Below, piece by piece: positions 50,804 to 62,615 of a stretch of 64,000 nt of DNA. Position 1 is the first letter of the stretch, and every line of letters starts with the position of its first letter. The position numbers were made by a program, and so were the translations under genes. The DNA comes from Octopus sinensis. Lineage: Eukaryota. Below the pieces are notes generated by a model. That model saw only the letters and a program-made list of their open reading frames with translations. It searched no databases and had not been told where the DNA came from. The stretch is from the NCBI RefSeq assembly GCF_006345805.1, contig NC_042998.1, positions 3,658,001-3,722,000 on the forward strand, written 5' to 3'.

Positions 50804-50910
50804 GACGACGCATGTTTCGTGACGATATATTTAAATTGACAATATCAAGATTGATAATCTCAAAAATGAATAATTCTTCGATCCAAAGATACATAGCCAC
50901 TCTTCTGGTC
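50804..50910 (-). ncRNA. hammerhead-ribozyme-like motif, U4A variant
   Basis: minus: GAC-CAGAAGA-GTGGC...GTCAC-GAAA-CATGCG-TC-GTC. Confidence 0.5.
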
Positions 50911-51191
50911 TAAATAACATAAAGTAAATTTACAACATAAATGAAGACGTTATGATTAACCTATACATTTTGAAATAATCAATAAGATTTAATAGTATTA
51001 AAGAAAAATTTTTTAAAAATTAGAAGCATAACTTATCTTATTGAGGAGTACCAGTTAACTCCGTAAATATAGATGTGTGTGTGTTTGTGTATATGTTTGT
51101 GTGTGGATTTGTGCCTCTTTGTTTTGACATCACATAAAAGTTGTAAATGAGTGTCATTGTTACAAAGCAGCGTCATTCTTTTCTCATCTTC

Positions 51192-51227
<36 letters not shown>

Positions 51228-51467
51228 CATTATTATCATTTATTATTATTATTTCAAAGCATGTGTTGAATGTCACAAAGTGTCATCTTTCAATTACTCA
51301 TTCTCTTTCTCCCTTTTAACTCTTCTCTTATCAGTCTCTTTGTGAAGTGACCCCAGTGTGACATTGATTCATATGAAATAGTGCATATATATAAGTAATA
51401 TTAAATCTCTGAGCGAGGTATAAACAGTAGCTGCACAACATCGTGAAGTATATTTGCCACTTATATA

Positions 51468-51514
<47 letters not shown>

Positions 51515-52289
51515 ATACATACATATATACATACATACAGACAGACAGACAGATGGTGTGCATGTGTGTATATAATGAAGATTTTAAGTCTGAAGCAAGC
51601 TATATTATATTGAATTGGAAATCATATAAACATGGTACAACATTATATCTAAACTACTTGAGCTGCTTCCATTCAAATAAACTCTAAAGGTTTGACTATA
51701 GAGATTTCCATTTTGTTATCTTCCCTGTCTTGATGTTAATCTATAAATATGTAAATAATGGAACCATGAATCTTAACAAATTCCTCTTTATCATTGTATA
51801 TTTGTGTTTGATGATGGCTGTCACCACACTAAGTCAAGTATCGCAGTCCATAGCAAAATGTTGAGTATGATGCCATTCAAAAGTTCAGCTTTGCTCCTCT
51901 ATGAAGGGTGACCTTAATGTTCTATAAACTTTGATGCCAGACATACTGGAAAAAAAAAGTATTCCTAGATTTTATATTTAATTTCGTTCAATACTGCATC
52001 AGTCATCATTTATATGTACAACTTGTACTGGAATTATATTAGAGAAAGCAGCACAAGACATATATTTGAATCTGCATAAATATTTCCACTGAAAGATTTT
52101 AGAACATTTATAAATAGACAGCTTGAATTCTTTGAGGTATGGACTTGTACCAAGTTTGAATTGTACAAGTCCATTCTTCAGCTAAAACAGTCTCCAATTC
52201 TTGTAGTGATGATGGTGGAGAATTCGACTCCTTACTTGTTTTCCTAAAATGCACCATAAATATTCAATAATATTGAGATCTGGGGACTG

Positions 52290-53290
52290 TGGTGGCTAGA
52301 TAAGATGTTCAACTTCACTAGAATGTTCCTCATGCCATTCAGTAATAACTTTTGCCGTGTGAATTGGTGCATTATTATCATGAAAGGTTGGGTTTTTCCC
52401 TGGAAACAGTTCTGCAACTGTAGGATGAATTTGATCAGATAAAATGCTTAAATAGTGTTGACTATTAATTCTGCCATGAAGGGAAACCATTGGGCCAGTG
52501 GATTTCCAAGATATAGCCTCTCAGGTCATCACAGATCCTTCTCCATGTTTAACACTTAGAAGAAGGCAGCCTGGGTCAAATGCTTCTTTTTGATGTCTCC
52601 ACATGTATACATGGCCGGTGGTCGGAAATAGGGTAAAGGATGACTCGTCTAAGAAAATAACATTCTTCCACTGCTCTAGGGACCAGTTCCGTAGGGTTTT
52701 ATTCCACTCTAAACGCTTTGCAACGATTGTTTTTGAAAGTAAGTGGTTTTCTAATTGCAGCCCTCCCATAAAATGTGGCCTTATGCAGCTCTTGGTGAAC
52801 AGTTTTTGTTGAAACTGCATTCTCGAGGTGGTCATTAAGCTCTGCAGTAATTTTGGGAACTGTACTTCTGTGGTCCTTTCTATCAATGCCTGAAAGAGTC
52901 CGACTGTCCCTATCTGAAAGTTTTGGTTTTCTTCTGGAGTTTTGTTTCGACGACGAGGTTTTTCCCTCTTTCTTAAAGGCTGTCATTACTTTTGAGACAG
53001 CACTTCTTGATATACCAAACATTTCAGCTATTTTTGTTATGCTAGCACCTGCTATATGAGCATCAACAATTTGACTGCTTCGAAAGTCCGATAGATGTGT
53101 CATTTTAATGAATTTTAATTACCTTTATTTCATGATATCCAAAAAGAAACAGCAATTTTATCAAAACATATTAAGCAACACTAATAATAAATAAAAAAAA
53201 AGTAAACAAGCTTTTGATGGTTTTATAGATATTTCAAAATTATGATGCTATGGTGCTAGATGTTTCCATTATTTTTGTCCAAACCATGTA
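52290..53290 (-). pseudogene. Tc1-family transposon, frameshifted and 3'-truncated transposase
   Basis: three frame-shifted ORFs: HTH region, WKNVIFLDES (first D), FHDNNAPIH (second D region); 5' TIR-like TACATGGTTTGGACAAAAATAATGGAAAC. Confidence 0.9.
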
Positions 53291-53359
53291 CATATCTATA
53301 TGGATGTGAATACAATGTGTGTATGTATATATAAGGACATATATATATATATGTATAAG

Positions 53360-53965
53360 CATGTATATAAGAGGGATGACCACTACGTGGACATTCATTA
53401 TCCTAGAAGTAGATCTGCTATGGTCTTACCACTAAGAAAGGAACGTTCTCAAGAAAATTTTAGCAAACGCCAGAATGTAAGCGAGCAAGACAAATGGATC
53501 ATAAATTTACATAATTACTCACGTAATTGTCTGTAGCTCATCAGTGTGATTGTCTTTGCAATTATAATTTTCAGAACTATACATGAGACATCCACATGAG
53601 ATTGATCATGTATAGAGTTCTACCAATTACACTTGGAGTTATCTTTCAAAAGTCTTTTTTTGGCACGTTAAAAATAAATTTCTGCAGTGAATTTTGCCGG
53701 TTAAAGAACATATTTAAATTTAAAATAATAAGGGTGAAAAATTGAATATTAATTTGATTAATATCAATTTAAAACCAGTGGTCTAGCATATTAAAATCTG
53801 AAGATACAGAAAAATTATATTACATACATATAAGAGGGATGACCACTACGTGGACATCCATTATCCTAGAAGTAGATCCGCTATGGTCTTACCACTAAGA
53901 AAGGAATGTTCTCAAGAAAATTTTAGCAAATGCCAGAACGTAAGAGAGTAAGACAAATGAAAAGA
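53360..53965. repeat. about 130-bp direct repeat pair (53360-53490, 53832-53960)
   Basis: taagagggatgaccactacgtggacat...agacaaatg duplicated with few substitutions. Confidence 0.85.
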
Positions 53966-54114
53966 GACAAAATATAGATTAATCACAAATAATTCTATTT
54001 ACTATAGGCACAAGGCTTGATTATACTGTTCATTTGATACTTATTTTATTGACCCCATAAGAACGAAAGGCAAAGATGACCTTGGTGGAATAGAGACTCA
54101 TAAAAAAAAAAAAA

Positions 54115-54810
54115 GGTGAGCTGGTAGAAATGTTAGCACGCCAGGCGAAATGCTTAGCGGTATTTCGTCTGCCGTTATGTTCTGAGTTCAAATTCCACCG
54201 AGGTCGACTTTGCCTTTCATCCTTTCGGGGTTGATAGATTAAGTACCAGTTATGCACTGGGGTCGATATAATCGACTTAATCTGTTTGTCTGTCCTTGTT
54301 TGTCCTCTCTGTGTTTAGCCCCTTGTGGGTAGTAAAGAAATAGGTATTTCGTCTGCCGTTACATTCTGAGTTCAAATTCCGCCGAGGTCGATTTTGCCTT
54401 TTTTTTTTTTCGATTCAATTCAATTTTTATTGGCTCAAAAAGCAAAAGCAAGGCCATGTAGGGGAGACAGGGAGTTATGTACAGGAGGGTGGTCATACAA
54501 AGAGTTCAGGCCATTTCTGGTCAAGAGAGACTTTAAACCGAGCGGTCGGCGGCATCTTCACTATCTCGTCCGGCAGGTTATTCCACGGATCCGCAACCAA
54601 GACGGAGAAAGCCCCTCTCCTTCGATTGAGATGAAATCGTCGTAGATAGAGCTTTTTGGAGTGACCCAGCAGCCCACGCCTTTCGTCCTTTCGGGGTCGA
54701 TAAATTAAATACCAGTTATGCACTGGAATCGATCTAATTGACTTGGTCCCTTTGTACGTCCTTGTTTGTCCCCTCTGTGTTTAGCCCCTTGTGGGTAATA
54801 AAGAAATAAG
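54115..54810 (+). mobile_element. two tandem SINE family D copies, the second interrupted by CR1
   Basis: body restarts at about 54345, breaks at about 54400 and resumes at 54678. Confidence 0.8.
54402..54677 (-). mobile_element. CR1 LINE 3' end nested in SINE D
   Basis: LGHSKKLYLRRFHLNRRRGAFSV..DPWNNLPDEIV peptide; ATTGA-type tail; GCCTTT duplicated at the junctions. Confidence 0.85.
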
Positions 54811-57620
54811 GAATAGAGACTCAATTCATTAGTTCAGTCTCAGTGCATTACTTTCATCCACCTTGAAAGACTATATACCAATACCAACCACAATGGGATT
54901 TGAACAATGAATATCTAGAACCAAGACAGAACAACAATATTTGACTAATGAAACCAAGGCCTTTATTTCAGTGTTCTAAGTTTTTCTTATAATCTGGTTG
55001 CCATAATAATAATAATAACAATCATGATGTTGATGATGTGTTGGAGGTGCTGGTGGTAGTTGTTGTTGTGTTTCTGGTGAGGTTGATAGACAAAACTTTT
55101 TCTTTTTCATAGTCTGATATGCTGCTGCTGATGATGATGGTAATGGTGGTGGTGGTAGTGGTGGTGGTAAAGTCATGATTTCAAATGTTGATATCTATAG
55201 CAGTCACAATAACATTTAATAACAATGGCTGTAACATATACCACAAAAGATATATGATAGTGCCAACATAATGCTGATATTAAATCTGGTTAAGGCATTC
55301 AAACACACACACATAGGTGTACACATACACACACATGCACACACACACACATACGTAGCGGTAACACACTTGTGTTGTGTGTTCTTTACACCTATGGAAA
55401 CATTTAATATCATTAGAATTACAGAGTTAGTAATGAGTGATCAGTCGCTTGGTCAATATGTAGGTATTCAACTGAAGAAATATAATAATAGAGAGAGAGA
55501 GACCTTGTGATTAACTGTCTGAAAATTGTGTCGCTGGTTAGTGTTGTTCATTGATAGAAAATACCGGTAGACATTTAATGACTATAAATGGCTTATATGA
55601 CTACGGAAAGAGAAGAGTGTTGTTTGGAAGGATGTTAGCAAGCAGTAGATGTGTGTGTATGTGTGCATAATATAATACAATATAATATAATGATATATAT
55701 ATGTATATTGTTGACTTTGTAAGAATTTAGAAACTTTGAGAGAATGTGAAATAATTCTTATTTTGTGTGGGAGAGGGGCAACAGTTGGGCCTTTGACTTT
55801 TCCAAACCAAAGGTATTTTTAACCCAATATTTACACACTACTATTCGTGCCTTTTTTTACTTTGAGTTTCACTATTCCAAACACGCACACATACGCATAT
55901 ACACACAAATATATGTATACACACACATACATACAAACATAAATATTTATATACACACATGCATGCTCACACACACTCATACATATACATATACACACAA
56001 ATATATATATATACTCAAATACACACAAATACATCTATATACACACATACATACCCACAAATATATATATATATATATATATATATCCATACACATATAT
56101 ATATGCATGCATACACACACACACATGTGTATGTGTATTAAAAGTTTGGCTTGGAAACACCTTACTTAAATTTCACTGAAGTGGGTAAGATATCTCTGGG
56201 CATTTTACTCATATCTGTGAATCTTTAGGCAATGCAATTCAGGGTCAAACTCTTAATAAAAATAAATATTTACTGAATGAAATGTATTGAGTGCACTTTT
56301 CTTCTTTTTTTCTTTTTTTTTTCGACATCCTTCCATATACTCACATACATATACACATGCGTCTTATACATATATTGTTCATTTATTTGTTTAAGGTTTG
56401 TTTTCTCATACTTATATAACTTTGCAAGGGAATTGATTTCTGAGGCAGGACTTTACATTTGGATGCTCTTCTTGTCACCAACCCTCACCTGTGTTGCAGG
56501 AAAGAGCTTCTTATATTTTATAGGTCTTTGAAATTGCAAATTGACCAGTTATAATGTTAACGATGAATGTCAACATTAATGGTATTTTGTTCAAATGGTG
56601 ACTTGCCTAATATCAATATTCATGCACACACACACACACATACATACATACATACAGGCTGTCTCCTCGTTATCGAGTATGGCCATTGCACGAAGCTTAA
56701 TCAATGTTGTTATCATGCAATGCCTGTGCAAGAAATTTTCTTTTAAAGTGAGGAAAGGCTGTGCACTGAGTCAATCCCATTCACTAAGCAACAGCAGCCA
56801 TAATCCAAAAAGAAGAACAAGTCAACATCATTGGTAACCACTGAGCTGCAGGTTTTATGTCGGAGTTATCCCAGTTACCTGAGTTACCTTCTCCTAGAAG
56901 GATGTCCTAACAAAGGCTAGTAGTCCTTCACTCCCAATGGTTTAATCGCGCGATTGGGTATTCAGTCCGATTATTTCTATGTCCCCGCGCATGATACAGC
57001 CTTAAGACATATACATACATATATACATATGTAGTGAGAGAAAGTAGGGAATTTGGGAATTTGGCCTGATGCCTTAATCAGCACTTAATGCAAAATCCTG
57101 GCTAACAAAATGTATAAGGATGAGAATTAGAAATCATATTCTTTGAATCTGCAAGGCATTCTATATAAACTGTAAATCTGAGGAAATTTACCATTTGAGC
57201 AGTTGGTGCACTCCTCACAGAGTATAATAGAATATAGACAAAAGAAGGAAGGAAGATGGATAATTATATTATATATCTTCATTAAATGGTTATGATCATT
57301 TCAGTAGTTAGTGGAACCATTTCATCAATTTTCATGCTGCTTTAAGCATATAAAAAGTTATGTAAGTCTATACAATAAACTCTGAAGGTACCACTAACCA
57401 TCTCTTAGGACCAAATTACACTAATTATAGAAAATATATTTTGAGTTATTTCCAATAAATATAGTCAGACATGGTAGGGTTCAGAATATCAGATTAATAA
57501 ATTAAACAGCAAGTTTTTCACTCTGTCATTGGAGATATTTCAGTAGATGGATAATAAAGATAAGGAATATATCAATTTCTTTCATTTGATATATCAAGAT
57601 AAGGGATATATCAATTTCTT

Positions 57621-57735
57621 TCAGATCAGACTGGGCCTGGCGCAGTCTTCTGGCTTCCCAGACCCCAGTTGAACCATCCAACCCATGCTAGCATGGAAAA
57701 CGGACGTTAAATGATGATGATGATGATGATGATGA
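57621..57735 (+). mobile_element. RTE 3' tail fragment
   Basis: cagactgggcctgg..ccatgctagcatggaaaacggacgttaaa(tga)n. Confidence 0.8.
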
Positions 57736-58044
57736 TCTGGTACTAATTAATCAGTACCATTGGCTCTGACAGGTCAAGAAGTGATCAAATTTATTGCTTA
57801 GTTTATATAAGTGGAGATGAACCAGAAATGTCATGTGAGTGCGTGTGTGTTTGAGTGTGTGTGTGTGGATAACCTTGTGAGTGCATATTAGTGTATGGGA
57901 AGTAAAATTCTTACCTCACACACCTGTGCCTATATTCTTACCTCACACCCACACATGCATAATATACAAAGACTTACACATACACTATTTATGCACATGC
58001 ATAATATATATATAATATATATATATATATTATATATATGTCGG

Positions 58045-59200
58045 TGCACCATCCGTTTGTGTCGTTGCAGCTCGCGGCCCCGTGCCGGTGACACGTAAAA
58101 GCACCATCCGTTCAGTCCGTTGCCAGCATCGCCTGGCCCCGTGCCGGTGACACGTAAAAGCACATCCGTTTTGTCCGTTGCCAGCCTCGCTGGCCCCGTG
58201 CGGTGACACGTGAAAAGCACCATCATCCGTGCCAGATCGCTGGCCCGTCGGTGACACGTTAAAAGCACCAGCCGTTCGTGTACGTTGCCAGCCTCGCCTG
58301 GCCGTGTGACGGTGACACGTAAAAGCACCATCCGTTTGTGTCCGCGCCAGCCTCTCGCCTGGCCCCGTGCCGGTGACACGTAAAAGCAACCATCCGTTGT
58401 GTCCGCTGCCAGCCCGCCTGCCCCGTGCCGGTGACCGTTAAAAGCACCATCCGTTTGTGTCCGCTGCCAGCCTGCCTGGCCCCGTGCCGGTGACACGTAA
58501 AAGCACCATCCGTTTGTCCGCTGGCCAGCTCGCCTGGCCCCGTGCCGGTGACACGTAAAAGACCATCCGTTTGTGTCCGCTGCCAGCCTCGCCTGGCCCC
58601 GTGCCGGTGACACTAAAAGCACCATCCGTTTGTGTCCGTGCCAGCGCTGGCCCCGTGCCCAGTGACACGTAAAAGCACCATCCGTTTGTGTCCGCTGCCA
58701 GCCTCGCCTGGCCCCGTGCCGGTGACACGTAAAAGCACCATCCGTTTGTGTCCGCTGCCAGCCTCGCCTGGCCCCGTGCCGGTGACACGTAAAAGCACCA
58801 TCCGTTTGTGTCCGCTGGCAGCCTCGCCTGGCCCCTGCGGTGACACGTAAAAAAGCACTCCGTTTGTGTCCGTGCCAGCCTCGCCTGGCCCCGTGCCGGT
58901 GACACGTAAAAGCAACATCCTTCGTGTCCGTTGCCAGCCTCGCCTGGCCCCGTGCGGTGACAGTAAAAGCACCATCCGTTCGTGGCCGTTCGCAGCTCTG
59001 TCTGGCACCTGGCAGGTGGCACGTAAAAACACCCACTACACTCGCGGAGTGGTTGGCGTTAGGAAGGGCATCCAGCCATATAAACACTGCCAGATCTGAC
59101 TGGGCCTGACGAAGCCTTCCAGCTTCACAGACCCCAGTTGACCCGTCCAACCCATGCTAGCATGGAAAACGGACGCTAAACGATGATGATGATGATGATG
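58045..59200 (+). repeat. RTE 3'UTR with about 16 tandem copies of a ~60-bp GC-rich unit
   Basis: unit gtgccggtgacacgtaaaagcaccatccgtttgtgtccgctgccagcctcgcctggcccc, followed by the normal RTE terminal 3'UTR and GAT tail. Confidence 0.92.
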
Positions 59201-59420
59201 ATATATATATATATATTACCTTATTATTATTATTATTAACTTCTTATAACCATCAATAATAATGACCTTTTTGACTGGTAATACTCTAAATGTATATATT
59301 TGTCACTACCTGTCATAAATAGCCTTTTTATATCTACAATATGCATTTTCGTTGATTTTTCATATTTTACCCTTACATTTCCACGTGTATTTAATTTTTT
59401 TTTTTTTCAAAACATATTTC

Positions 59421-59469
<49 letters not shown>

Positions 59470-59470
59470 A

Positions 59471-59595
59471 TAAACACTGCCAGATCTGACTGGGCCTGAC
59501 GAAGCCTTCCAGCTTCACAGACCCCAGTTGACCCGTCCAACCCATGCTAGCATGGAAAGCGGACGCTAAACGATGATGATGATGATGATGATATA
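59471..59595 (+). repeat. local duplicate of RTE tail 59080-59200
   Basis: one substitution seen over about 120 bp. Confidence 0.85.
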
Positions 59596-60407
59596 TATAC
59601 ATACATACACACTATTTATACGCATGCATACATACAGGCATATATACATGCATATGTACCCATTCACACCACATGCATGCATGCATGCACACATACTGTC
59701 ATATGGAAATGAACACACAAACAACTTAGAAACTAAGTTGAAAAATGTAATTGAAAAATATATAAAGCAACAGACAAAGAATAAAAAAAAAGCAAAATGG
59801 TTGAAGATAGTAAAGATGGAATATTAATCACACCACTCAAATATGCAGATACATACACTCACTCGTGTATAACTACACATGCATGCACACACATACACAG
59901 ATATATATGTATGCATGCACACTCACACAGAATGGCATACACACTGTCACTTCCACCAATGCATTCATATAAGGTGAATTGTTGTAATGAAGCAAGGAAA
60001 ATTTCATATAAAAACTTTACGTCAGTATAAGAACTCCACCTACAATTCCTAAATTGGTAAAATTCTGTGATAAAAGAAACGAAGAAATAAAACACGATAA
60101 ATTAAATCTTGTCTGCTGGTGCTGTTGCTTAAAATTCTGATGGTAAACTAAACTTCAGCTGTTTGAATGCTTCTTGCTTTAAATAATCTACTTCATATTC
60201 TATTTGATTTTGTGCATTTTGTGAATTTGTAAACAAAGCAAGAAGCATATTCAAATACACTTTTTTTTAATGATTTGATGCCGAGGAAAGGGGTTTTCTA
60301 AGACCAGTAAGTTTCAGGCTTATGAATGACCTTCTCAAAGTTCTGCCTGCAGAAGAATTAAAAAAAAAAAAATAAATAAATCAATCAATCAATCAATCAA
60401 TCAATCG

Positions 60408-60800
60408 AGCAGGCCTGGCTGTGTGGCAAAAAGTTTGCTTCCCAACCACATGGTTCTGGGTTCACTCCTATGGTGTAACATTTTGGGCAAGCATCTTCTA
60501 CTATAGCCTCGAGCTGACCAAAGCCTTGCAAGTTGGTTTGATAAACGGAAATTTGAAGAAGCCCATCGTGTGTGCGTGTGTCTTTGTGTATGTACTTGTC
60601 ACCCCGCCCCACACTGTTTGACAACTGATGTTCATGTATTTACATCCCCATCACTTAGTGGTTCAGCAACAGAGGTAGATAGAATAATATCAGGCTTTAC
60701 AAAAAATTAATAAGTACTAGGGTTGATAAGTTTGACTAAAACTCTTGAAGGTGGTGCTCCAGCATGGTCGCAGTCTAATAACTGAAACAAGTAAACGATA
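60408..60800 (+). mobile_element. SINE family A diverged copy
   Basis: collinear head, body and tail. Confidence 0.8.
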
Positions 60801-61094
60801 GAAGAGGAGCTGAGAGCGAATTCTAGAGGTTAGTGAATTGCTGGTAGTTGTGGTTGTAGTGGTTAGGAGTGAATGTATGGAGGTGATGTGTGATCAGCCA
60901 GCTCTGAGGAGCAGTGGCCACAACAGGAACAGTGTAAAACACAGTGATTGATATACTAATTCTCATATGTATAAAATAGATGTAACTAGGAAGGTATTCT
61001 GGTAGGATTCAGTACAAATATTCAGGTGTACATACATCTAAGTTCATCAACTATACAGCAAACAATATAATATATATATATATAAATAAAAATG

Positions 61095-61362
61095 AGCCCG
61101 GTTTCCCGGTTTCTGTGGTATATGTGTTCCCCCAAGCTGGATGGGATGCCAGTCCATCGTAGCGTTACTCAAGAAACAGGGAGAGTGAGAGAAATTTGTG
61201 GCAAAAGAGTAAAACAGGGGTCGCCACCATCCCCTGCCAGAGCCTCGTGGATCTTTTAGGTGTTTTTGCTCAATAAACACACACAACACCCGGTCTGAGA
61301 ATCAAAACCGTGATCCTCCAACTGCGAGTTCACTGCCCTAACCACTGGGCCATTGCGCCTCC
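61095..61362 (-). mobile_element. SINE family C copy
   Basis: homologous to 7900-8146. Confidence 0.8.
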
Positions 61363-61434
61363 ACACACACACATATATGCATAAATTTATCATCCTCCTC
61401 CTCCTCATCATCATCATCATTATCATCATTATTA

Positions 61435-62260
61435 TTAAGGTGGCAAGTTGGCAGAATCATTAGCCCACTAGAATTTAACACCAATTTAATGTTAGGAGCT
61501 CAAATTCCTCTGAGGTCATCTTTGCCTTTTATCCTTTTCGGGGTGATAAAATAAGTACCAGTTGAGCACTGGGGTTTATGTAATCAACTTGCCCCTTCCT
61601 CTGAAATTGCTGGCCTTGTGTCAAAATTCGAAACCATTATTATTAAGGTGGTGAGCTGGTGGAATTGTTAGCATGCTGGATGAAAGGCTTAGTAGTATTT
61701 CACTCGTCGCTATATTTGGAGTCCAAATTCTGACATGGTCAACTTTATTTATTGGCCCCAAATGGATGAAAAGCAAAGTACCAGTGAAACACTGGGGTCG
61801 ATGTAATCGAATATACCCTTCCCTCCAAATTTCAGGCTTTCTGCTTATAGTAGGAAAAAGGATGATTATTATTACTATTATTATTTTTATTAAGGTGGTG
61901 AGCTGACAGAATAATTAGCACACCAGAGTTTAGCTCCCAATTTAATGTTCTGAGTTCAAATTCTGCTGAGGTCAACTTTGCCTTTTATCCTTTTGGGGGT
62001 CGATAAAATAAGTACCAGTTGAGCACTGGGGTTTATGTAATCAACTTACTCCTTCCCCTGAAATTGCTGGCCTTGTGCCAAAATTTGAGACCATTAATAT
62101 TAAGGCAGTGACCTGGCAGAATCATTAAACATGCCAGGCAAAATGTTTAGTGGTTTATTGTCCATCTCTGTGTTCTGAGTTCCAATTCCACCAGGGTCGA
62201 CTTTACCTATCATCCATTCAGGGTCAATGAAATAAGCACCAGTTGAATCTTAATTGAATG
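61435..62260 (+). mobile_element. head-to-tail array of about 4 SINE family D copies
   Basis: each unit begins attaagg(t/c)(g/a)g.ga.ctgg and is separated by ATT tracts. Confidence 0.8.
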
Positions 62261-62280
62261 AAATAACTAATTTTATTTTA

Positions 62281-62615
62281 AGCCTGGTACTTATTCAATT
62301 GGTCTCTTTTTGCTGAACTGCTAAGTTATGGGGACATAAACACACAAACACCAGTTGTCAAGCAGTGGTGGGTGACAAACACAGACACAAAGATGCACAC
62401 AAACACATGTACACACAAACACACACACACACACACACATATAGATATGTATATGACAGGCTTCTCTTCAGTTTCCATGTACAAAATCCACTCACAAGGT
62501 TTTGACCAGATTGAGGCTAAAGTGTAAGACAATTGCCCAAGGTGCCACGCAGTGGGACTGAACCCAGAATCATGTGGTTGGGAAGCAAGCTTCTTACCAC
62601 ACAGTCATGCCTGCG
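62281..62615 (-). mobile_element. SINE family A copy
   Basis: reverse-complement match. Confidence 0.8.

Noticed and set aside
53540-53630. Hairpin followed by GAAA and palindromic AATTATAATT on the minus strand
   Set aside because: No recognisable CUGANGA core, and position 17 would be G.
59100-59125. CTGACGAAG motif in the RTE tail (also near 59496)
   Set aside because: A local variant of the RTE 3'UTR with no downstream GAAA or stems.
57930-59150. 406-aa ORF and overlapping ORFs; CRISPR-like appearance of the array
   Set aside because: These are translations of the 60-bp tandem unit from an RTE 3'UTR. There are no unique spacers and no cas genes, and the context is eukaryotic.
60150-60260. 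20-bp inverted repeat followed by CAAACAGCTG on the minus strand
   Set aside because: Both core segments are too degenerate to support a hammerhead call.
2355-62615. tRNA genes suggested by A/B boxes
   Set aside because: All are SINE heads that continue into SINE bodies; no complete cloverleaf was recognised.
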